DNA of 64,000 bases, taken from NCBI GenBank assembly GCA_022509005.1, contig JAFLUC010000001.1, positions 10,521 to 74,520 of the forward strand, given 5' to 3'. A program made the position numbers and the translations under genes. Each line of letters starts with the position of its first letter. Position 1 is the stretch's first letter. Below, piece after piece: positions 31,217 to 40,454 of this stretch. The notes under the pieces are model-generated. The model was not told the DNA's origin and searched no databases. It was given only the letters and a program-made list of their open reading frames with translations. The DNA comes from Oscillospiraceae bacterium. GTDB lineage: Bacteria > Bacillota > Clostridia > UBA1381.

Positions 31217-31228
31217 AACACACTCCTT

Positions 31229-32293
31229 TCATTCGCCGTTTACGGTATCTTTAATACCAACAGCCTTTTTTCTAAGCTGTCCGCATGACGCGGATATGTC
31301 AGATCCAAGCTCGCGTCGTATTGTAGCGTTTACTCCCCGTGCAATAAGCCTGTCTCTGAACGCGTTTATTTCATCCTTTGTTCCTTTTACAAAACTCCGC
31401 TCCTCAACCTTGTTTACCGGAATAAGATTTACATGAGCATGGAGCTGTTTAACGAGCGCCGCAAGCTCGTCTGCGTTTTTAATACTGTCGTTTACTCCGT
31501 GAATGAGCGAATACTCAAAGCTGAGTCGTCTGCCTGTCACATCAACGTAATATTTGCATGCCTTTATAAGCTCGTTTATTCTATATTTATGATTTATAGG
31601 CATTACGCTGCTGCGTATTTCATCATTAGGTGCATGAAGCGATATTGTGAGCGTAATCGGCATCCCCTCATCTGCAAGCTTATATATTCCCGGTACTACA
31701 CCGCAGGTTGAAAGCGTTATGTGCCTATATCCTATGTTTTTACCCTTCTCATGATTTACATTATGAAGGAATTTAATCACGTTATCATAGTTATCAAGCG
31801 GTTCGCCTATACCCATGATCACAATATTTGAAATACGCTCGCCCATATCCTTTTCGGCAAATATCACCTGATTTAAGATCTCGCCTGCTGTAAGCGAGCG
31901 GTACAGTCCGCCGATAGTAGACGCACAGAACCGGCAGCCCATGCGGCAGCCTATCTGTGACGATATGCAGATAGTAAGTCCGTGATGGTAGCGCATAACT
32001 ACGCTTTCTATGCAATTCCCGTCAGGAAGGCGGAAAAGATATTTAACTGTTCCGTCCAGTTGAGAAACGAATTTCTGCTCTATTTCAAGGGTAGAAACGT
32101 ATGTATTCTCCGACAGTTTTAAGCGCAGAGATTTTGATATATCCGTCATTTCATCGTATGACGTAACGCCCATATGCAGCCATTTGTATATCTGCGCCGC
32201 ACGGAACTTCTTTTCTCCGATTGAAATAAGATACGCTTCAAGCTCACTGTATTCAAAATCTTTAAGGTCAATCATATTTTCACTAATTTGCAT
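31229..32293 (-). CDS. rlmN: 23S rRNA/tRNA (adenine-C2)-methyltransferase, radical SAM
   Basis: FRAAQIYKW, the CxxxCxxC cluster (GCRMGCRFC) and a C-terminal CGQL. Confidence 0.9.
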   Translation of the reverse strand: MQISENMIDLKDFEYSELEAYLISIGEKKFRAAQIYKWLHMGVTSYDEMTDISKSLRLKLSENTYVSTLEIEQKFVSQLDGTVKYLFRLPDGNCIESVVMRYHHGLTICISSQIGCRMGCRFCASTIGGLYRSLTAGEILNQVIFAEKDMGERISNIVIMGIGEPLDNYDNVIKFLHNVNHEKGKNIGYRHITLSTCGVVPGIYKLADEGMPITLTISLHAPNDEIRSSVMPINHKYRINELIKACKYYVDVTGRRLSFEYSLIHGVNDSIKNADELAALVKQLHAHVNLIPVNKVEERSFVKGTKDEINAFRDRLIARGVNATIRRELGSDISASCGQLRKKAVGIKDTVNGE

Positions 32294-33543
32294 ATATAAA
32301 ATCCGTCTGAATTATCCGTATCCGGGCAATACGTTTTTTCGTATTGCTTTTTAAAGTTGCCGTTATCTGCAAGAAAAGCTGATATTACATCTCCGTTTTC
32401 TCTGCTGTTTAAGGTACAGGTAGAATACACAAGCGTGCCCCCGGATTTAACGTATTTAGCGCCGTTTTTAAGTATCTTAATCTGAAGCTTCGGCAGCTCG
32501 TCTATATCGGTTCTGTCAAGCTTTATATCCGGTTTGCGGCGGATAATACCCAGCCCTGAGCACGGCACATCACAAAGCACCCTGTCTGCTGCGCCTATAA
32601 GCTCCGAATCCTCTATTGTACCATCGTTTATTCGTGCGTCAATTATATCTATACCGAGCCTTCTTGCACTACCTGTTATAAGTTTTATTTTATGCTCATG
32701 AATATCACAAGAAATTATATGTCCTTCATTATTCATAAGCTCCGCTATATGCGTTGACTTTCCTCCTGGAGCGGCGCACATATCTATTACCGTTTCACCC
32801 GGCTGCGGCGCAAGTGTTATTGCCGCGTTATATGCTGCTCTGTCCTGAACGCTGAAATATCCGTTTTTATATAAGTCCGATTCAGCTATGTCAAATCCAT
32901 CTGAATATACAAGGCTTCCCTCGCATGACTCCGCTTTTATTCCTCGCTCTTGAAGCTCTGATATAAGCTGCGGCGTGCTGCATTTTAATAAATTAGCTCT
33001 TAAGGTAAGAGGTGCCGGCTCATTTAATGATGCCATGATTTTTTCTGCGCGAACTCTCTCAAAAGTACCAATAAACAGCTTTACCATATTTGTGCTGTAC
33101 GAATATTTCACTGACAGATACTGCTCTGTATTTTCTGGATAGGTTATGCGGCAGCCATCGCGGCAAAATGAACGCAGAACCGCGTTTACAAATCTGTCGC
33201 TGCCCTTTCTTCCATAGCGCTTTGCAAGCTTAACGCTCTCATTTACCGCCGCGCTCTCGGGAATTTTATCTGTATATAAAAGCTGATACAAGCCAATCTC
33301 TAAGATTATTCTTACATAATCCGCAAGCTTTTTCAGTTTGATGCTTGAATATTTCCCTATTATGTGAATTAATGTATAATGCCTTGACACAACTCCATAT
33401 ACAAGATTTGTTAAGAGCGCCTTTTCTGAAGCTGTCATACCCTTGCATTTTGTCATGCGCTCCTTTAAGGCAAGATTAGAATATGCCGAATTCTCAAAAA
33501 TCTCGTACAGAGTGAGCAAAGCAGCTTCTCGCGCGCCTATCAA
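32272..33543 (-). CDS. rsmB: 16S rRNA (cytosine967-C5)-methyltransferase
   Basis: NusB-like N-terminal domain, SAM site DMCAAPGGK, and catalytic DVPCSG and YSTCT. Confidence 0.9.
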   Translation of the reverse strand: MIGAREAALLTLYEIFENSAYSNLALKERMTKCKGMTASEKALLTNLVYGVVSRHYTLIHIIGKYSSIKLKKLADYVRIILEIGLYQLLYTDKIPESAAVNESVKLAKRYGRKGSDRFVNAVLRSFCRDGCRITYPENTEQYLSVKYSYSTNMVKLFIGTFERVRAEKIMASLNEPAPLTLRANLLKCSTPQLISELQERGIKAESCEGSLVYSDGFDIAESDLYKNGYFSVQDRAAYNAAITLAPQPGETVIDMCAAPGGKSTHIAELMNNEGHIISCDIHEHKIKLITGSARRLGIDIIDARINDGTIEDSELIGAADRVLCDVPCSGLGIIRRKPDIKLDRTDIDELPKLQIKILKNGAKYVKSGGTLVYSTCTLNSRENGDVISAFLADNGNFKKQYEKTYCPDTDNSDGFYICKLVKI

Positions 33544-34256
33544 TCTCTTCTCCTGCCGCTTGCGTTCATTACAATAAGCAGCAGACGAAGAACCTGAAGC
33601 GCTGTTGCCGCTGCTGAGGCAAAATATGTCAATGCCGCGGCGGTAAGAACCTTTTTCGTTCCGACAAGCTCTTCCTCGTCAAGTATTGCCATGCTATGAA
33701 GCGTTTGTATCGCCCTTGCACTTGCGTTTGTTTCGGTCGGAAGTGTTATAAGCTGGAATGCGAATACTGCACCGTAGAGTATAACTCCGAACATTGCAAG
33801 ACCAAACTGGCTTAATATGATACCCAATAAAATTAAAGGTATCGCCGCATAGCTGCATATATTTACAAATGGAACGATACCGTTTCGCAGTTTTATCGGC
33901 GCATATCCGACCTGATGCTGTACCGCATGCCCGCATTCATGAGCTGCAACACCAAGCGCAGCGATTGATGTCGAATTATAGGTAGCTTCTGAAAGCTTTA
34001 TAAGATTTTCCTTCGGACTGAAATAATCTGTCAGCTTACCCTGTCCTAGTTCTATTCTGACATTATAAAGTCCGTTTGCATCGAGGATTTTCCTCGCGCA
34101 TTCCGCGCCGGTTATTCCGCGGCGCGATGAAATCTTATCATATTTATTAAAAGTACCCTTTACATTTGCTGAAGCAATAAGAGTAATTATAAGACCTAAA
34201 ACTACAAGTAAATAAGTCGGGTCAAAATACATTCCGTAATAATACATACCTGGCAT
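33540..34256 (-). CDS. zinc metallopeptidase (Zn_peptidase_2 family membrane protein)
   Basis: HECGHAVQH HExxH motif flanked by TM helices, 238 aa. Confidence 0.8.
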   Translation of the reverse strand: MPGMYYYGMYFDPTYLLVVLGLIITLIASANVKGTFNKYDKISSRRGITGAECARKILDANGLYNVRIELGQGKLTDYFSPKENLIKLSEATYNSTSIAALGVAAHECGHAVQHQVGYAPIKLRNGIVPFVNICSYAAIPLILLGIILSQFGLAMFGVILYGAVFAFQLITLPTETNASARAIQTLHSMAILDEEELVGTKKVLTAAALTYFASAAATALQVLRLLLIVMNASGRRRD

Positions 34257-34268
34257 AAAGATTCCTCC

Positions 34269-35216
34269 TTAACTGTCTATTGAAATTCCGAGTATCGCAC
34301 CTGTTTCTATCTCGTGTCCTCTTGCATAGTCTTCTGCGTTCATGCGCTTTGCGCCTGCGAACTGCACAGATTTCAGATACAGCGCGCCGCTGCCGCAGGA
34401 AACAAGAAGACCCTTTTTCTTAACTATTCCCAAAATCTCACCGGGGCTGCCTGATGCGTCTGTTTTCTCAGCCTCATAAATTTTCAGGCCGCTGCCCTTG
34501 TACGTAGTCTGTGCCGCAGGAGCAGGATTCATTCCGCAGATAAGCTTTGAAATTTCAGCCGCAGACTTCGTCCAGTCAATCTGAGCCGTCTCTTTGTTAA
34601 TCATCGGCGCATATGTATGCTCGGCATCATTCTGCCTTACATATTCTGCCGTTCCGTCTATAATTTTGCCTATTGTGCTGACAAGCAGACTTCCTCCTAT
34701 TTCGGCAAGTCTTAAAAACAGCTCTCCTGAGGTTTCATACTCACCTATCGGAGTTTCAGCAATACCAATAACATCACCGGTATCAAGACCATAATCCATG
34801 CGCATAATACTTACGCCTGTTTTTGTCTCACCGTTTATTACAGACCACTGTATCGGCGCCGCACCCCTGTATTTCGGGAGCAGCGACGCATGTACGTTAA
34901 TACATCCGTATCTCGGATAGTCTATAATATATCTTGGTAAAAGCTTGCCGTATGCCGCGACAATAATCATATCCGGAGCGAGTGCTTCAAGCTGTTCTTT
35001 AAACGACTCATTTTTCATTGTTTCCGGCTGGAATACAGGAATATCTAACTCCTCTGCCTTCATCTTAACAGCCGTCGGAACAAGCTTATGTCCTCTGCCC
35101 TTGGGCTTATCTGGCTGCGAAACAGCACCTATGATTTCATATTCTGTTTTACTGAGTGTATCAAGCACCGCCGCCGCAAAATCCGGCGTGCCCATGAACA
35201 ATATCTTAATCGACAT
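34269..35216 (-). CDS. fmt: methionyl-tRNA formyltransferase
   Basis: [27 protein letters not shown]. Conserved def-fmt pairing. Confidence 0.95.
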   Translation of the reverse strand: MSIKILFMGTPDFAAAVLDTLSKTEYEIIGAVSQPDKPKGRGHKLVPTAVKMKAEELDIPVFQPETMKNESFKEQLEALAPDMIIVAAYGKLLPRYIIDYPRYGCINVHASLLPKYRGAAPIQWSVINGETKTGVSIMRMDYGLDTGDVIGIAETPIGEYETSGELFLRLAEIGGSLLVSTIGKIIDGTAEYVRQNDAEHTYAPMINKETAQIDWTKSAAEISKLICGMNPAPAAQTTYKGSGLKIYEAEKTDASGSPGEILGIVKKKGLLVSCGSGALYLKSVQFAGAKRMNAEDYARGHEIETGAILGISIDS

Positions 35217-35655
35217 ATTTTGTCACCTTCTCCGTGAATACATGCCCTTCAAGATGGTCATATTCATGCAAAAGAGCACGGGCAAGCAGTGCCTCACCCT
35301 CGACTATGAACCATTTTCCGTTTCTGTCCTGAGCCTTTACCTTAGCATAATTCGGACGCGTTACCTCACCGTAAAGTCCGGGAAAGCTGAGGCAGCCCTC
35401 GTTTCCAGTCTGCTCGCCGGAGATTTCAACGATTTCGGGATTTATAAGCTCAATTCTGCCTTCACCTATATCAATAACAACAGCTCTTTTCATGATTCCC
35501 ACCTGAGGAGCGGCAAGTCCCACGCCTTCTGCCTTGTTCATTGTATCATACATATCATCAAGCAGAATCCAAAGCTTTTCATCAAACTTCTTAACTTCTT
35601 TACACTTTTTTCTGAGAATTTCATCATCTCTTAAGCGTATTTCACGTATAGCCAT
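35206..35655 (-). CDS. def: peptide deformylase
   Basis: [18 protein letters not shown] and HEYDHLEG motifs. Confidence 0.95.
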   Translation of the reverse strand: MAIREIRLRDDEILRKKCKEVKKFDEKLWILLDDMYDTMNKAEGVGLAAPQVGIMKRAVVIDIGEGRIELINPEIVEISGEQTGNEGCLSFPGLYGEVTRPNYAKVKAQDRNGKWFIVEGEALLARALLHEYDHLEGHVFTEKVTKYVD

Positions 35656-35667
35656 TGTAATCCTCCA

Positions 35668-38103
35668 TTAGTATATAGTAATTGGATTTTTATCTATCGA
35701 AACTGTTGTGTTTTCAAAATCCTTATTTTTAGCAACAGCCTCCGCGGCTCTTATAAGCCTGTCGTTTAATAAATCCGCATTTTCACATTTTAATATAATC
35801 TGCCACCTGTAGCGGTTCTTTATTCTGGATACTCCTGACGGAATAGGACCTAAAATCGCCGCCTTTTGTGTTATTTCATGTATATCACCGAACGACTCTT
35901 TAAATAAAAATGCGGCACGCCGTGTTTTGTCGTTATCTGTATCGGTGAGCCTTATACATACCATTTCCGAATACGGCGGATACCACATAGCTCTGCGCTC
36001 GGCTATAGTCTCTAAATAAAAGCTTTTGTAATCATGAGTTTTAACAAGCTTAACGGCAAGATTTTCAGGATCGTATGTCTGAATAACGGCTCTTCCGGGT
36101 TTCTCACCTCTGCCTGCTCTGCCTGATACCTGTTCCAGCGTATCAAAGGTACGCTCACCGCTTCTGAAATCATTTATGTGCAGCATAGTGTCTGCACTCA
36201 TAACGCCTACAAGCGTCACATTTGCAAAATCCAGTCCTTTTGAAACCATCTGCGTTCCTACGAGAATATCTATCTTCTCGTTTGCAAACCGGTCAAGAAT
36301 CTCTTTGTGTGAATTTTTTCTTATGGTCACGTCAGCATCAAGCCTGATCGTAGAAGCATTCGGAAAAAGACGATGAACCTCATCCTCAACTCGCTGAGTT
36401 CCGCCGCCGAAATAGCGTATATACTTACTGCCGCATGCAGGACATTTTGTGTAATTGCACTGCTTATGTCCGCAGTAATGACACTTTAAGCTGTCATCAT
36501 AGCTATGATAAGTAAGCGTTATATTACAGTTCGGGCACATCGGTACAAAGCCGCATTTCCTACACGATACGAATGTAGAAAATCCGCGTCTGTTCATAAA
36601 CAAGATCGATTGCTCGCCATTTTCGAGATTATGCTCTATTGCATTACGAAGCGTTTTTGAAAACATACTCTTATTTCCGTTCTCTAGCTCTACGCGCATA
36701 TCAACAATATCAATATCAGGCATTTTGCCGCGATTATAGCGCTCTTTCATTTCAATCAGTTTGTATTTTTTATCAAGCGCATTTTTATAGCTTTCCAGCG
36801 ATGGAGTTGCCGATGCAAGAATCGTTACCGCTCCGTTTTGCTTAGCTCTGAAAATTGCCGTCTCTCTTGCATGATAGCGCGGACTTATCTCCGATTTATA
36901 CGTTTCAGAATGCTCCTCATCTATGATTATAATGCCTATATTTTTAAGCGGAGCAAATACGGCGCTCCTAGCGCCTATTACTATATCAGCATCGCCGTTC
37001 ATAATTCGTGTCCACTGGTCATAGCGTTCGCCAAGCGAAAGTCCGCTGTGAAATATCGCAATTCTATCACCGAATCTCGAAACAAACCTTGAAACCATCT
37101 GCGGTGTAAGCGAGATTTCAGGTACAAGCATCAACGCAGTTCTGCCCAGCTTTACAGAATGAGCAATAGCCTGCAGAAAAACCTCCGTTTTGCCGCTGCC
37201 CGTTACTCCGTGTAAAAGCATTGTTTCACCGGTTTTATCATCTATTCCGCTGCATATTTCATAAATCGCACCTGCCTGCTCCGATGTAGGCAAAGGCGGC
37301 GCGGTTATTTCCCCCGCGGATTCGTAAGCAGGACGGTCAATATACAGATCGAAGTATTCTGCCATTCCGTTTTTCACGAGCGCAGCAAGCGCTCCGTAGT
37401 TTCCCATCGAAAACCGTACAAGATCGGCAGCGGATAGAAAGTCATTGCTTTTAAGTATAGAAAGCATGCGCTTCTGTATCCCCGAACGCGACTTGGTGAA
37501 GAATTCGTTTACCGTATCCGTATCGGCAATAAGCCTTACAGCGCGGATTTTGCGCTTGTTTATATCGCGCATATGCCGATATTCCTTTTTAAGAACTCCC
37601 TTTTTCTCCATTCGTGATATCAAAGAACGAATATCCTTCTCGAAATATGAGCCGAGCGAATATATATCCATCCCTCCGCCATTATCTTTAAGAAGCTCCA
37701 TAACACGCTCATCGTTTGAGCCCGATCGCGGTTTATATTCTTCATCTGATATTACAATCCATTCAAGCGTTTTTACAGCTGTACCTGTCGGCATCATTGT
37801 ATGGATAATCTCCTGATACGATGCAAGATACCGTGTGCGCATAAACTCAATGAGAGGAACATCCTCCGCAAGAAACGCCGGTTCATCCGATGCAAATCTG
37901 ATTATATTTTTAATTTGTACACTTGCCTCCGTATTGGATTTTGTTCGAAGAACAAAGCCCTCAATCTCCTTGTTCCCTTTTGAAAACGGAACAATAACAC
38001 GGCTTCCCGGCCTGATGCTTTCAGTCAACTCTTCAGGCACAGCATAGTCGAAAACGCGGTCCACCGCGCGGGAGATATGGTTTACTATGACCTCGGCATA
38101 CAT
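35668..38103 (-). CDS. priA: primosomal protein N' (replication restart helicase)
   Basis: 811 aa with GVTGSGKTEV, DEEH, a Cys-rich zinc insertion (CxxC x4) and QVSGRAGR. Confidence 0.95.
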   Translation of the reverse strand: MYAEVIVNHISRAVDRVFDYAVPEELTESIRPGSRVIVPFSKGNKEIEGFVLRTKSNTEASVQIKNIIRFASDEPAFLAEDVPLIEFMRTRYLASYQEIIHTMMPTGTAVKTLEWIVISDEEYKPRSGSNDERVMELLKDNGGGMDIYSLGSYFEKDIRSLISRMEKKGVLKKEYRHMRDINKRKIRAVRLIADTDTVNEFFTKSRSGIQKRMLSILKSNDFLSAADLVRFSMGNYGALAALVKNGMAEYFDLYIDRPAYESAGEITAPPLPTSEQAGAIYEICSGIDDKTGETMLLHGVTGSGKTEVFLQAIAHSVKLGRTALMLVPEISLTPQMVSRFVSRFGDRIAIFHSGLSLGERYDQWTRIMNGDADIVIGARSAVFAPLKNIGIIIIDEEHSETYKSEISPRYHARETAIFRAKQNGAVTILASATPSLESYKNALDKKYKLIEMKERYNRGKMPDIDIVDMRVELENGNKSMFSKTLRNAIEHNLENGEQSILFMNRRGFSTFVSCRKCGFVPMCPNCNITLTYHSYDDSLKCHYCGHKQCNYTKCPACGSKYIRYFGGGTQRVEDEVHRLFPNASTIRLDADVTIRKNSHKEILDRFANEKIDILVGTQMVSKGLDFANVTLVGVMSADTMLHINDFRSGERTFDTLEQVSGRAGRGEKPGRAVIQTYDPENLAVKLVKTHDYKSFYLETIAERRAMWYPPYSEMVCIRLTDTDNDKTRRAAFLFKESFGDIHEITQKAAILGPIPSGVSRIKNRYRWQIILKCENADLLNDRLIRAAEAVAKNKDFENTTVSIDKNPITIY

Positions 38104-38507
38104 CAGAATTCGCCGTCTTTTGCCTCTGTGTGGGTTGCAGCGCTGAGAGCAACGTCAACCGCATTAAGCTCAGCTGCATCATCAAAAGGGTCCGAATCGG
38201 CCTCATCCTTCAGATCGTTCGTCTTTTCCTTTTCAAAATGTGAAATAGCATTGATTTTCTCCTGTTCATAAGCTCTTGCGCGCGCAATAGCCTCTGAGCG
38301 GACGTATCCTATAACGCCTTGGGATATTTCATCTACAGCCTGTGTTACAGGCTTGTTAAGTGTCGTATCGTAGTTCTCAGCATTGTTTTCGTTAGCTTCA
38401 AGACGCTCATTGCCTATCATTCTCGCTCTTTTTGCCACCATAGATACCAATGTGTATCTGCTGTCAACACATCTGTCAAGTTCCGTGATACCCGGTTTAA
38501 TCATCAT
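38103..38507 (-). CDS. rpoZ: DNA-directed RNA polymerase subunit omega with acidic C-terminal extension
   Basis: SRYTLVSMVAKRARMI core. Conserved position between gmk and priA. Confidence 0.8.
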   Translation of the reverse strand: MMIKPGITELDRCVDSRYTLVSMVAKRARMIGNERLEANENNAENYDTTLNKPVTQAVDEISQGVIGYVRSEAIARARAYEQEKINAISHFEKEKTNDLKDEADSDPFDDAAELNAVDVALSAATHTEAKDGEF

Positions 38508-38544
38508 AATATTTTCCTCCTGTTATTCCTTTGGATTGCATATG

Positions 38545-39138
38545 TTATATTATTTCATTTATAAGCTCATCAAGCTTATTTCTTTCTCTGCGTTTGGTGT
38601 TAAAGAAACTGATAACATCCTCAACGCATTGTTCTAAATCATCATTTATAATCTGTGTATTATACTTTTCCGCCTGCTGAAGCTCCCATCTTGCTGCGGA
38701 AATACGTTTTTCAATTTCTGCCTCATCTTCTCGACCCCTTGTTATAAGGCGGTTCTTCAGTTCCTTCATCGACGGTGGAATAAGGAAAATCAATACCGCC
38801 TCAGGTAAGAGCTTTTTGACCTGAAGCGCTCCCTGCGGTTCTATTTCAAGCAGAACATCTTTACCATCATATAAAAGCGACTCCACCGCCTTTTTCGGCG
38901 TACCGTAATAGTTTCCGCTGTACTCGGCATATTCAAGCATTTCTCCGTCGCGGATCATACTGTCGAATTCCACTTTGGAAACATAATGATACGTTTCGCC
39001 CGGAACCTCACCTACACGGCATTCGCGCGTTGTTGCGGAAACCGAAAGAAATACATTATCGCGCTGCAGCAGCTCTTTGCATACCGTTCCCTTGCCTGTT
39101 CCAGAAGGACCGGACAAAACAAATAATATACCTTTCAT
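38545..39138 (-). CDS. gmk: guanylate kinase
   Basis: MKGILFVLSGPSGTGKGT, TTR and YYGT blocks. I place the start at 39138, behind GAGGAGGA and one nt after the remA stop. The track start 39195 overlaps remA. Confidence 0.95.
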   Translation of the reverse strand: MKGILFVLSGPSGTGKGTVCKELLQRDNVFLSVSATTRECRVGEVPGETYHYVSKVEFDSMIRDGEMLEYAEYSGNYYGTPKKAVESLLYDGKDVLLEIEPQGALQVKKLLPEAVLIFLIPPSMKELKNRLITRGREDEAEIEKRISAARWELQQAEKYNTQIINDDLEQCVEDVISFFNTKRRERNKLDELINEII

Positions 39139-39139
39139 A

Positions 39140-39406
39140 TCAATCCTCCTCGGGATATTCATCCGGTTCATATTCGCCGTCAAGCCTTGCAGCAAGCTTT
39201 TCAGGTATTATGGCGGAAAGAATAACATGTCTTGAATCCATAATTACGACAGAACGTGTACGTCTGCCATAGGTCGCGTTAACCAGAAGCCCCCTATCCT
39301 CTGCTTCACGGATAAGACGCTTGATCGGCGCGCTGTCAGGACTTACCACTGAAACAACGCGCGCAGCGGAAATCATGTTTCCGAATCCTAAATTTACTAA
39401 TCTCAT
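39140..39406 (-). CDS. remA: RemA/DUF370-family regulator
   Basis: [32 protein letters not shown]...[12 protein letters not shown] is near-diagnostic of RemA (YlzA). Conserved position upstream of gmk. Confidence 0.85.
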   Translation of the reverse strand: MRLVNLGFGNMISAARVVSVVSPDSAPIKRLIREAEDRGLLVNATYGRRTRSVVIMDSRHVILSAIIPEKLAARLDGEYEPDEYPEED

Positions 39407-39417
39407 ATTTACTCCAT

Positions 39418-40296
39418 CTATTCTATGTTCTGGATTTGCTCCCGCAGCTTCTCAATCTCACCCTTCAGCGCAACAACATGCTTTGCCGTTTCAAGGTCAG
39501 AGGCCTTGGACCCGATCGTGTTCACTTCACGATTTATCTCCTGAATCAGGAAATCAAGCTTCCGCCCTGCCGGCTCGCCGCTGTCCATAATTGCATCAAA
39601 TTCATCATAGTGGCTGGCAAGTCTCACGATCTCCTCATTTACCGCAACCTTATCTGCAAAAATAGCAACTTCTGTAAGTACGCGAGCATCATCGATATCT
39701 CTCCCCTCCAAAAGCTCATTGATCTTTGTGTACAGCTTATCGCGGTATTCCGATACAATTTGAGGCGAGCGTTCGTCAATCTTAACGGCAAGTGAGCGCA
39801 TATATTGAACTCTTGCTCGCAGGTCGGCTTCAATTCTGCCCCCCTCGCGCTCTCGCATTCCTGTAAACGCTGCAATTGCCACATCTGCAACAGTGCTTAC
39901 AGCCTGCCACAGCTCATCCTCGTCATCACGCTTCTGTTCATAACGAAAAATATCTGAAAAAGATGCTATAACCGATGCTGTAATATCATCTTTCAGTCCG
40001 AACTTTTGGCTCAATCCCTTTAAGGCATCAATATAGTTTCCGGCAAGCTCCTCATTGATCATAACGGTCTTATCTGACTCGCCGCATGTTTCAATACTTA
40101 TATAAACGTCAATCTTGCCTCTTGCTACTGCCTTACTTATCGCACTGCGCATTCTCTCTTCAAGAAAGCCGTATTGTCTCGGAGCCTTAATATTATAATC
40201 TGTAAAACGGTGGTTTACTGATTTAATCTCAACAGTTATTTTCTTCTCCCCGATTATAGCCTCGCTTCTGCCATAGCCGGTCATACTTTTTAACAT
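39418..40296 (-). CDS. yicC: YicC/YloC-family protein
   Basis: [13 protein letters not shown]-terminus, a C-terminal [13 protein letters not shown] block, 292 aa. Confidence 0.85.
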   Translation of the reverse strand: MLKSMTGYGRSEAIIGEKKITVEIKSVNHRFTDYNIKAPRQYGFLEERMRSAISKAVARGKIDVYISIETCGESDKTVMINEELAGNYIDALKGLSQKFGLKDDITASVIASFSDIFRYEQKRDDEDELWQAVSTVADVAIAAFTGMREREGGRIEADLRARVQYMRSLAVKIDERSPQIVSEYRDKLYTKINELLEGRDIDDARVLTEVAIFADKVAVNEEIVRLASHYDEFDAIMDSGEPAGRKLDFLIQEINREVNTIGSKASDLETAKHVVALKGEIEKLREQIQNIE

Positions 40297-40408
40297 AGCT
40301 ATTACTACGAACTCCTTTCAAAAAAGCATATTATTTTTAATTGTATCATAATTCCAATGTAATTTCAACTATTTTTTATGATTTTTTTTGGGAAAGCTGT
40401 AAAACATA

Positions 40409-40437
40409 TTGAAAAAAATACAGTTAAATGTTATAAT
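40409..40437 (+). promoter_or_regulatory. sigma-A-type promoter (TTGAAA-17-TATAAT, TGn extended) for the GTPase-NYN/tmcAL operon
   Basis: TTGAAA aaaatacagttaaatgt TATAAT, ending 17 nt before the ATG at 40455. Confidence 0.55.
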
Positions 40438-40454
40438 AGAATTTGGTGATTGTT